Assembly (NCBI GenBank): GCA_038244685.1
Contig: JBBRTD010000001.1
Location: 67,009 to 131,008 of the forward strand
Source of the DNA: Minisyncoccia bacterium
Lineage (GTDB): Bacteria; Patescibacteriota; Minisyncoccia; Phycocordibacterales; UBA9973
Reading direction: 5' to 3'
Length of the DNA stretch: 64,000 nucleotides
Below are positions 56,834 to 63,961 of this stretch, one piece after another. The first letter of the stretch is position 1; the number at the start of each line of letters is the position of its first letter. The notes under the pieces are model-generated. The model was not told the origin of the DNA, did no database searches, and saw nothing but the letters and a program-made list of their open reading frames with translations. The position numbers and the translations under genes were made by a program.

Positions 56834-57340
56834 TTATTTATCCTTGGTATTATCAATAATAATATTTGCCTCAGTTAGCAAAGATTTTGTTATTCCAATA
56901 TTCCATGCCCTCATAACACCATGCCATTTCCTAAACTTAAGAAATTGTTCCCAAGTTAATTCAATTATTCTCTTTAATCTATAGTTCTTAAATATCTGAA
57001 CAATAATTACATATTCAAATTTCTTATCTGGTATTGAAGTGCTTCCCTTCTCATCTATATTATGAAAAACACCTGTTGTGTTTCCAGGTTCAGAAATTGT
57101 CTTAATACTATATCTCTCTCCTTTTCTACTTACTGCATCTATATTTTTAGTTCCTTCTGGCGCAGCCTGTAAATTAGGTAGACCACTTATTGAATTATAT
57201 GTTTCTATTACTAAGAATTCCCCTCTCTCTCCAACTATATTGTTTGTCCTAACAAGATTACGTTTTTTAAGTTCTTGTTGGATATCTGCATATCCCGTCC
57301 ACAACTCTTCATTGTTAAATTCTTGTAATTCTATTTTCAT
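56834..57340 (-). CDS. Hypothetical protein (168 aa), operonic with the NTase-DUF559 gene
   Basis: 18-nt gap to the downstream gene. No confident motif (VGERGEFLV...NIDAV...). Confidence 0.4.
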   Translation of the reverse strand: MKIELQEFNNEELWTGYADIQQELKKRNLVRTNNIVGERGEFLVIETYNSISGLPNLQAAPEGTKNIDAVSRKGERYSIKTISEPGNTTGVFHNIDEKGSTSIPDKKFEYVIIVQIFKNYRLKRIIELTWEQFLKFRKWHGVMRAWNIGITKSLLTEANIIIDNTKDK

Positions 57341-57412
57341 ATAATTTAATTTATAAGTGATTAAATATTTTTATATTGTATATTTTAACATTATATTTAA
57401 TTTTAATATATA

Positions 57413-57549
57413 GCTGCCAGACCTGGACCGTGAGTACACTTCTCGAACCTTACAGGTTCAGTACAGCTTTTCCGTTCGTGAGTATACTCACAAGGAAAAG
57501 CGTTTCTCGTCCAGGGCGCAAATGAAGAAATTCATTTGCTTCTGGCAGC
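57413..57549 (-). ncRNA. Degenerate tRNA-Gln-like structured element (~135 nt): tRNA acceptor/T-arm ends enclosing nested hairpins; also carries direct repeat DR2
   Basis: Minus-strand reading: UGCCAGA-AGCAAAUGAAuuucUUCAUUUGC...CUUUUCCuuGUGAGUAUACUCACgaacGGAAAAG...GGUUCGAG-aaguguacucacgg-UCCAGGUCUGGCAGC. The 5' 7 nt and 3' 16 nt are identical to tRNA-Gln. Function unknown. Confidence 0.4.
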
Positions 57550-57590
57550 AATTTAAAAAACCTGCACACAAAGTGAGGTTTTTTAAATTG

Positions 57591-57661
57591 CTGCCAGACC
57601 TGGACTCGAACCAAGATAACCTCCTCCAGAGGGAGGTGTCCTACCATTAGACGATCTGGCA
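57591..57661 (-). tRNA. tRNA-Gln (anticodon CUG)
   Basis: Hand-folded: acceptor UGCCAGA/UCUGGCA (U1-A72, G73 as in bacterial tRNA-Gln), D-arm GUCU/GGAC, anticodon stem CCUCC/GGAGG with loop CUCUGGA, T-arm CUUGG-UUCGAGU-CCAGG. 71 nt with no encoded CCA, followed by a terminator hairpin. Confidence 0.8.
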
Positions 57662-57739
57662 ATAATATTTCATTAACTCAAACATATTACCATAAAACAC
57701 CAAAAAATACAGTTGGAATCATTAAAATTTTAATGTAGA

Positions 57740-58474
57740 ATGGTAGCTATGAATACAGAAATAAAATATGAGCCTAGACATATAACGACAGATGATATTA
57801 AAAATGGTTGTATGACTTTGACAGGTGGAGATGGAGAAGAGACAAAGTTATGTATGATACAAGAAGAATTCCGCCAAGGAATAGATACAGTTACAGATAT
57901 GGGGCCTTCAGTTACTTTTTATGGTTCAGCAAGACTTAAAGAAGATCACCCTGAATATATTAAAGCTCATAAACTTTCTTATAGAATTGCCAAAGAGCTA
58001 GGTTACATTATTATGTCAGGAGGTGGAGCTGGAATTATGGAAGCTGCTAATCGTGGAGCATATGATGCAGGGATTCCCTCAATAGGACTAACAATCAGAC
58101 TACCAAAAGAGCAAGCTACTAATCCTTATGTGACCAAAGAAATACCTTTTCATTTTTTCTTTGCTAGACAAGTCTCAATGTCTTATACAACTGAAGCTTG
58201 TGTCTTCTGTGCTGGTGGCTTCGGAACCTTCGATGAATTATTTGAAATACTAACACACTTACAAACAGGAAAAATAGGTAAAATTCCAGTAATATTATAT
58301 GGCTCAGAATTCTGGAATCCTATTCAAGGTATCATTAAAGAAGTTTTAATTGAAAAGTATAAAACAGTTAACCCAAATGATGTAAATTTATACACAATCA
58401 CAGATGACGAAGATGTAGTTCTAGACATCATCAAGAAAAGTAAAATACGAAACGGTGAAGACGAATTAAATTAA
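57740..58474 (+). CDS. LOG-family protein (cytokinin riboside 5'-monophosphate phosphoribohydrolase / TIGR00730 Rossmann protein)
   Basis: VTFYGSARLKEDHPEY, IIMSGGGAGIMEAANRGA and FCAGGFGTFDELFEILTHLQTGKI. A TTGGAA-N17-TAGAAT promoter lies upstream. Confidence 0.75.
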   Translation: MVAMNTEIKYEPRHITTDDIKNGCMTLTGGDGEETKLCMIQEEFRQGIDTVTDMGPSVTFYGSARLKEDHPEYIKAHKLSYRIAKELGYIIMSGGGAGIMEAANRGAYDAGIPSIGLTIRLPKEQATNPYVTKEIPFHFFFARQVSMSYTTEACVFCAGGFGTFDELFEILTHLQTGKIGKIPVILYGSEFWNPIQGIIKEVLIEKYKTVNPNDVNLYTITDDEDVVLDIIKKSKIRNGEDELN

Positions 58475-58476
58475 TA

Positions 58477-58508
58477 TAAAAGCCCCCGACTATAGTCGGG
58501 GGCTTTTA
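58477..58508. terminator. Bidirectional intrinsic terminator
   Basis: AAAAGCCCCCGAC-tata-GTCGGGGGCTTTT. Confidence 0.75.
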
Positions 58509-58516
58509 TATTAGAA

Positions 58517-60199
58517 TTATTTCTTCTTATTTTTCTGACAAGCTTTTATGAATGCAGTAAAAAGTGGGTGTGGATTTAAAGGTCTTGCTTTGAACTCTGG
58601 GTGGAATTGTGTTCCCAAAAAGAATGGATGTACACTTCCTGGCAATTCAGCTATTTCACATAGACTACCATCAGGTGAAAGACCAGAGAATACTAGCCCA
58701 GATGCCTCCAGGGCTCCCCTGTAGTCATTATTAACCTCATATCGATGTCTGTGACGCTCTGAAATTGAAGTAGTCTTGTAGGCTCTTTCAGCTACACTTC
58801 CCTTCTTGAGAGTAGCCGAGTATGCACCTAAACGCATACTTCCACCTAAGTCTTTCTTCTCCACTTTAGCTTTCTGATCTTCCATAATATCTATGACTAA
58901 ATCTTTGGCATTCGGATTTACTTCACGAGTATTAGCATCTTTTAATTTCAAAACATTGCGAGCATATTCTATGACAAGAAGCTGCATTCCATAACACAAT
59001 CCGAAGTAAGGAATATTATTCTTTCTAGTGTATTCTATTGTTTTTAGAATTCCCTCTATGCCTCTTGACCCAAAGCCTCCGGGGACAATGACTCCATCAA
59101 ATTTCGAAAGATTTTTAATTGCTTTTGGATTTTTTTCAAATTCCATTGATGAAATCCAAGTAAGGACAGGCTTACTACCTGAAGCATAAGCAGAATATTT
59201 TATAGCTTCAATAACTGACAAGTATGAATCCGAAAGTGTGAAGTCACCAGTATTAAAATATTTACCAACGATAGCGATATGGACTTCTTTATTTTTTGTA
59301 TGAGAGGAAGTCGCAAATTTCTTCCACTTGGTTGAGCCTTCATTAACCGCCGGGCCACAAACAATACCAATCGTTTCGCAAATCATATCCCCTAGTCCCT
59401 CCTTCTCAAAGTTTACTGGTATATCATAAATACTCTTTTCGTCTGGAGCAGAAATTATATGATCGATTGGCACATTACAGAATAAAGATAACTTCTCTTT
59501 TCTTTTACTATCAAGTGGCATTTTACTGCGGGCGACAATTATGTCCGGTTGTATACCAGATGAATTTAAAGTTCGAACAGCATGCTGAGTAGGCTTTGTT
59601 TTCATTTCTCCAACGTTACTTGGTACTGGCAAATAAGAAACCATAACGAAAAATACACTATTGTGTTTACGAAGTTTCATTATACGAGCCGCTTCCAAGA
59701 AAAGAATATTTTCATATTCACCCACGGTGCCGCCGATTTCAATAATAACAATATCTGCATTAGCTTTATTTCGAGCTGTTTCAATACGGTTTATAACTTC
59801 AAGTGGGATATGCGGAACGACTTGGACACAAGCCCCAGCATATTCTAGATTTCTTTCGCGTTCAATCACACTTTGGTAGACACGCCCTGTCGTCATATAG
59901 TTTGCACGAGAAAGGTCTACGCCTAAAAATCTTTCATAGTTCCCCATGTCTTGATCGGTCTCGTCTCCATCATCAAGAACAAAAACCTCGCCATGTTCGG
60001 TTGGGTTCATAGTTCCAGCATCAATATTTATATATGGATCAATTTTAATTGCAGTTACCTTGCGTCCACGATCAGAGAGTATACGGGCAATAGATGAGGC
60101 CGTGACCCCCTTACCAACACCAGAGATAACTCCACCGACAACGAAAATATACTTACAGTTAGATAAACTCTCCAGCTTTTCCCCTGGTATTTTTTCCAT
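58517..60199 (-). CDS. pyrG: CTP synthase
   Basis: KYIFVVGGVISGVGKG, and a GATase domain with GLCYGMQLLVIEYARNV (Cys nucleophile) and HPEF. Confidence 0.9.
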   Translation of the reverse strand: MEKIPGEKLESLSNCKYIFVVGGVISGVGKGVTASSIARILSDRGRKVTAIKIDPYINIDAGTMNPTEHGEVFVLDDGDETDQDMGNYERFLGVDLSRANYMTTGRVYQSVIERERNLEYAGACVQVVPHIPLEVINRIETARNKANADIVIIEIGGTVGEYENILFLEAARIMKLRKHNSVFFVMVSYLPVPSNVGEMKTKPTQHAVRTLNSSGIQPDIIVARSKMPLDSKRKEKLSLFCNVPIDHIISAPDEKSIYDIPVNFEKEGLGDMICETIGIVCGPAVNEGSTKWKKFATSSHTKNKEVHIAIVGKYFNTGDFTLSDSYLSVIEAIKYSAYASGSKPVLTWISSMEFEKNPKAIKNLSKFDGVIVPGGFGSRGIEGILKTIEYTRKNNIPYFGLCYGMQLLVIEYARNVLKLKDANTREVNPNAKDLVIDIMEDQKAKVEKKDLGGSMRLGAYSATLKKGSVAERAYKTTSISERHRHRYEVNNDYRGALEASGLVFSGLSPDGSLCEIAELPGSVHPFFLGTQFHPEFKARPLNPHPLFTAFIKACQKNKKK

Positions 60200-60202
60200 A
60201 TT

Positions 60203-61123
60203 TTATTTTCTTAAGTATCGGCTAATAGCAAAGAAACTTGAAATACCTCCAAGTAAAATGCCAGAGCCAAGCATAATAATGAATAATTGTAAGAAATTTG
60301 ATTTGTAGTAATTATATAAATTTATTCCAATGAAATCTGTCATGTGATTCCCTAACCAAATAGAAATAGGGATAAAGAGAAGAACCGTCAGAACGGCAGA
60401 AGCAACTCCAACTAAAATACCAGAGACGATGAATGGACCTTGGACATATTTAGATCCAGCTCCAACTAATCTCATAACACTAATCTCTTCACGAGACATA
60501 TAAATAATAAGACGAATTGTATTAAAGGTTATTATTATAGAAATAATGATAAGAACGAATGACACAATAAAGCCAAGACTCTTAGCTCCATTTATAATAG
60601 AAGTAAGTCTATCTATAACTAATTTATTCTGACTGTAGTCAATTTTATCGATAATAGTTAAAGCCCCTTTGGATAAAGCATTGTCATTCTCAAAATATTT
60701 AGAAATACTTTCATATTGAGATGGATCGTTGGCTTTTATATTTAAAGATGCTCCAAGAGGATTATCATTAAGCTCATCTAAGGCTTGCAGAGTTAGATAA
60801 TCATTTGAATGCTTATCTTTAAAATTTGAAAGGGCTTCGCTTGAAGAAGTATAAGAAATGTCTTTAATTTCAGGTAATTTACTCAAGGACTCCTCGACTT
60901 TCTTTATAGAAGATTCATCGGCTCCAGGAATAAAGTAAACAGTTACATCAACTTTTTCCCTAATATCATTTAGAGATGAATTAAGTGCGGCTTGAACAAA
61001 GATAAGAGATGTTACAACAAAAAGAGTTATAGTCATGATGAGAATACTCGACAAAGAAGTAAACCCGCTACGTACGAAACTTTTCCATCCTGACTTTATT
61101 ATTCTTTTTGCGTGAATTAACAT
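60203..61123 (-). CDS. ftsX: Cell division ABC transporter permease FtsX
   Basis: FtsX topology: N-terminal cytoplasmic, TM, periplasmic domain, 3 TM. Located after ftsE. Confidence 0.75.
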   Translation of the reverse strand: MLIHAKRIIKSGWKSFVRSGFTSLSSILIMTITLFVVTSLIFVQAALNSSLNDIREKVDVTVYFIPGADESSIKKVEESLSKLPEIKDISYTSSSEALSNFKDKHSNDYLTLQALDELNDNPLGASLNIKANDPSQYESISKYFENDNALSKGALTIIDKIDYSQNKLVIDRLTSIINGAKSLGFIVSFVLIIISIIITFNTIRLIIYMSREEISVMRLVGAGSKYVQGPFIVSGILVGVASAVLTVLLFIPISIWLGNHMTDFIGINLYNYYKSNFLQLFIIMLGSGILLGGISSFFAISRYLRK

Positions 61124-61130
61124 ATATTTA

Positions 61131-61808
61131 TTATATCATATACTTACCCTCTTTATCATCTCGAATAATGCGACCATTTTCGAGAGTTATTACACGCTTT
61201 TTAATTCCATCAACTAATCCTTTATTGTGAGTCGTTAAGATTACAGTCGTTCCTAAGTCATTAATCTTCTTAAGTATATTTATAACTTCCATGGCATTCG
61301 CTGGATCAAGATTCCCCGTTGGTTCATCGGCAATTATCAAATCTGGCTGAGTAATAATGGCACGAGCAATAGCTAATCTTTGCTTTTCTCCACCGGAAAG
61401 CTGATATGGGAAATGAAAAGCTCTATTTGTAAGATCAACAAGCTCTAATACATTAGGGACATACTCTTTAATCTCTTCATCGCTCTTACCTGTTGCTTCC
61501 ATAGCAAAAGCTATATTTTCATAGGCGGTGCGGCCTGGCAAAAGACGAAAATCCTGAAAAACAATACCCACCTTACGACGAAAATTCATAAGGTCTCTCT
61601 TGGACAACTTATGAATATCAGTAGATTCATAAAAAACAGTTCCAGAGGTAGGGTATTCTTCTGCTAAAATAAGTTTTGTAAGAGTAGTCTTACCGGCACC
61701 TGAATGTCCAACGATAGAAACAAATTCTCCTGGGGCGATAGAAAGCGTCACATCTTCTAATGAAGAATTATCTTTGTATTTTTTTGTAACATTGTCGAAG
61801 TAAATCAT
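61131..61808 (-). CDS. ftsE: Cell division ATP-binding protein FtsE
   Basis: GHSGAGKTTLTKLI, LSGGEKQRLAIARAI and [11 protein letters not shown]. 225 aa. Confidence 0.85.
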   Translation of the reverse strand: MIYFDNVTKKYKDNSSLEDVTLSIAPGEFVSIVGHSGAGKTTLTKLILAEEYPTSGTVFYESTDIHKLSKRDLMNFRRKVGIVFQDFRLLPGRTAYENIAFAMEATGKSDEEIKEYVPNVLELVDLTNRAFHFPYQLSGGEKQRLAIARAIITQPDLIIADEPTGNLDPANAMEVINILKKINDLGTTVILTTHNKGLVDGIKKRVITLENGRIIRDDKEGKYMI

Positions 61809-61824
61809 TAATTGGTTAATTTTA

Positions 61825-62712
61825 TCACAAATTCACTTCGGCAACAATAAATTCATCTATCATGCCACTTTCAAGCACTCCGTCAACATCATGAATCTCT
61901 ATTCCCGTTCGATGATCCTTAACCATCTTGTAAGGATGAAGCACATATGAACGAATCTGGCTTCCCCATTCTATCTCTGTTGACTTAGTCGAAGAGAGTC
62001 CAGCTTTTTCTTTTGCCTTATCAACTTCTCTTTTCTTATAAAGCTTGCCTTTTAGCATTTCCATAGCTTTTTCACGGTTTTGTTCCTGGGAACGTTCCGT
62101 CGTCACGTGAACAGAAAAGTTAGTCGGCAAGTGAATTATCCGAACTGCCGTTTCCCTTTTATTCACATTTTGCCCCCCGGGGCCGCCTGACTTTGAAAAT
62201 TCAATTTTGATATCGTCTGCTGGAATTTCTATGGCTGTATCATTTTTTAATAATTTGGGGATGACTTCAACTAATGAAAATGAGGTGTGCCTGAGAGCCT
62301 TAGCATTAAAAGGAGAAATGCGGACAAGACGATGAACTCCTGATTCATTCTTAAGAGTGCCATAAGCTCCCTTGCCTGAGACTTCCAGAGAAATATTTCT
62401 ATATCCGCCTAAATCATTCTTATTCTCATGAAGTAAAGTAACTTGCCAGCCTTTCCTTTCTATATATTTTAAATACATATGTAAAAGCATAGAAGAGAAA
62501 TCTTCAGCATCATCACCTCCAGCCCCTGAAAGAATTGATAAAATAGCCTCCCCTTTGTCGTATTTCTCACCGCCTGATATTTCATCTTTAAGCTCCCCTA
62601 TCTTTTTAATCGTGGCCTGTGCTTTCGCTTTATCTTGCCAAAAATCCCCTTGGCTCATTTGTCCTTCTAAAATTTCTATTTCTTTTTTTAATTCTTCAAT
62701 CTCTTTGGCCAT
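61825..62712 (-). CDS. prfB: Peptide chain release factor 2 (short N-terminus, no programmed frameshift detectable)
   Basis: SGAGGDDAEDFSSMLLHMYLKY, RISPFNAKALRHTSF (SPF = RF2) and SGGPGGQNVNKRETAVRIIHLPT (GGQ). Confidence 0.85.
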   Translation of the reverse strand: MAKEIEELKKEIEILEGQMSQGDFWQDKAKAQATIKKIGELKDEISGGEKYDKGEAILSILSGAGGDDAEDFSSMLLHMYLKYIERKGWQVTLLHENKNDLGGYRNISLEVSGKGAYGTLKNESGVHRLVRISPFNAKALRHTSFSLVEVIPKLLKNDTAIEIPADDIKIEFSKSGGPGGQNVNKRETAVRIIHLPTNFSVHVTTERSQEQNREKAMEMLKGKLYKKREVDKAKEKAGLSSTKSTEIEWGSQIRSYVLHPYKMVKDHRTGIEIHDVDGVLESGMIDEFIVAEVNL

Positions 62713-62775
62713 TCTAGTATCATACCAGAAATATCCCGATTCGGTCTACGGAAGTTTCAGAGGTCTATTAATTTT

Positions 62776-63804
62776 TTATTTTTCTAAATTGTGTTCAGCT
62801 TTAAAATATTTCTTCGGTAAAATAGAGAAGTAATCATCTATATAGGGGTGCATCATATCACAAGCCACAAAAGCAATAACAACTTCTTTATTTTTATTCC
62901 TGTATTTATTTAATGTTTTATTTTTCTTCATATCTTTTAACATTTTCTCTATCATTGCAAGTTGCATACCAGTCGAAGGACCAACAAAAAGCCCAAGTCT
63001 AATAAGAGCTAAACTTCTTTCATAAGCAGAAACTGCATCGATTGGAATTACGGTATCAACAATGTCATACCAAGGAATACCAAGTTTAAGTATAGCTTCA
63101 TCAACTCGAGGTCCTGGAATTGAAGAACCCTTTTTGATTGAAGAGCCAGCAACGTATATATCTTTATTCTTACTTTTTAGATAACAACCCGATCCATAGA
63201 TAGTACCAGCTGTTCCAATCGTTGAAGCAAAAATGGTAAGCTTATCCCCAAGTTGAGACCAGAGTTCTTTGGCAACATATTCTTCTGAGGCTCCGGCATT
63301 GCCTGGATTTATATACTGATTAAGATTATGCCATCCTTTCTTTTTACCTAATTGCTTCGCTTCATAAACTCCACCTTTATTACTATGAACATCAGGGCTG
63401 CGTGGTCCATGAGAAATAAGCAAATCTGCACCAACTAATTTAAGTAAACGTTTTTTATGTTCAGGCACATCAGGGGTAATAATGGCATGCAAGTTTGGTA
63501 TACCAAAATGTCGAGAAAGAATAGCAAGAGATAGAACTGTATTCCCTGAAGAATATTCTACTAAATGTTTTGTAGCGGAAAGAACTTTTTTATCCATACC
63601 ATTAAGCATCTGCCAAGAAGGCATAGACTTTATATTTCCAAGAGGAACAAACTGCATAAGCTTTACAAATATTCTCACTCCGTCTTTAGCAAATTTATTA
63701 AGAGCTGGAGGAAGTTCTACTACGGGAGTCATACCTAGAGCGCCTGGAGTAAGGAATTCGGTCACGGCACACTTCCCCTCAAAAACTTTTTTGCTATTGA
63801 TCAT
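62776..63804 (-). CDS. PLP-dependent beta-substitution enzyme, cysteine synthase/CBS family (divergent)
   Basis: KLMQFVPLGNIKSMPSWQMLNGM (PLP-lysine region), YSSGNTVLSLAIL and the Gly-rich loop GTAGTIYGSG. Confidence 0.6.
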   Translation of the reverse strand: MINSKKVFEGKCAVTEFLTPGALGMTPVVELPPALNKFAKDGVRIFVKLMQFVPLGNIKSMPSWQMLNGMDKKVLSATKHLVEYSSGNTVLSLAILSRHFGIPNLHAIITPDVPEHKKRLLKLVGADLLISHGPRSPDVHSNKGGVYEAKQLGKKKGWHNLNQYINPGNAGASEEYVAKELWSQLGDKLTIFASTIGTAGTIYGSGCYLKSKNKDIYVAGSSIKKGSSIPGPRVDEAILKLGIPWYDIVDTVIPIDAVSAYERSLALIRLGLFVGPSTGMQLAMIEKMLKDMKKNKTLNKYRNKNKEVVIAFVACDMMHPYIDDYFSILPKKYFKAEHNLEK

Positions 63805-63831
63805 TTTATTTGTAATAAATTAATAATATGA

Positions 63832-63890
63832 GCCACGACTTCGCTGGACTGCGTTTTCAACAGATTGATTACAATCTAAGAAAACGGGAG
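63832..63890 (-). repeat. Copy d of the ~55-nt hairpin repeat (minus orientation), abutting the tRNA-Thr 3' end and 27 nt upstream of the CysK-like ATG
   Basis: Reverse complement = CTCCCGTTTTCTTAGATTGTAATCAATCTGTTGAAAACGCAGTCCAGCGAAGTCGTGGC, identical to copy b over 59 nt. Confidence 0.8.
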
Positions 63891-63961
63891 CCGAGGGTCA
63901 GAATCGAACTGACGACCTTTCCCTTACGAAGGGACTGCTCTACCAACTGAGCTACATCGGC
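63889..63961 (-). tRNA. tRNA-Thr (anticodon CGU)
   Basis: Hand-folded: GCCGAUG-UA-GCUC-AGUUGGUA-GAGC-A-GUCCC-UUCGUAA-GGGAA-AGGUC-GUCAG-UUCGAUU-CUGAC-CCUCGGC-U. One U6/C67 acceptor mismatch and one G27/A43 mismatch. No encoded CCA. Confidence 0.65.

Noticed and set aside
57413-57549. tmRNA, a tRNA with a group I intron, or tRNA-Sec explaining the 135-nt tRNA-like element
   Set aside because: Too short for tmRNA or group I introns. No tag-peptide ORF. No long variable arm or Sec-type 8/5 acceptor/T geometry. Interpreted as a degenerate tRNA-Gln-derived repeat or att remnant.
51210-57590. Integrase or recombinase gene expected inside the tRNA-Gln-linked islet
   Set aside because: None of the ten ORFs shows tyrosine-recombinase (R..H..R..Y) or serine-recombinase motifs. 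The islet is reported as integrase-less or decayed.
62713-62775. Programmed +1 frameshift site of prfB
   Set aside because: No CUU UGA C-like motif and no upstream ORF segment in any frame. Only 60 nt are available before the upstream gene's stop codon.
16602-63823. Remaining short embedded ORFs in the track (e.g. 16602..16799, 21184..21549, 21470..21664, 24475..24831, 26183..26458, 26659..26886, 27950..28180, 28335..28607, 29649..29885, 29965..30222, 31878..32084, 32683..32865, 34114..34365, 35196..35405, 37273..37467, 38364..38579, 39487..39693, 42554..42736, 44882..45103, 46223..46789, 47150..47557, 51529..51723, 53945..54127, 56646..56831, 57078..57344, 57450..57662, 59582..60308, 62555..62833, 63482..63823)
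   Set aside because: All overlap larger, motif-supported genes on the opposite strand or in another frame. 57450..57662 overlaps tRNA-Gln and the tRNA-like element. None has recognisable motifs.
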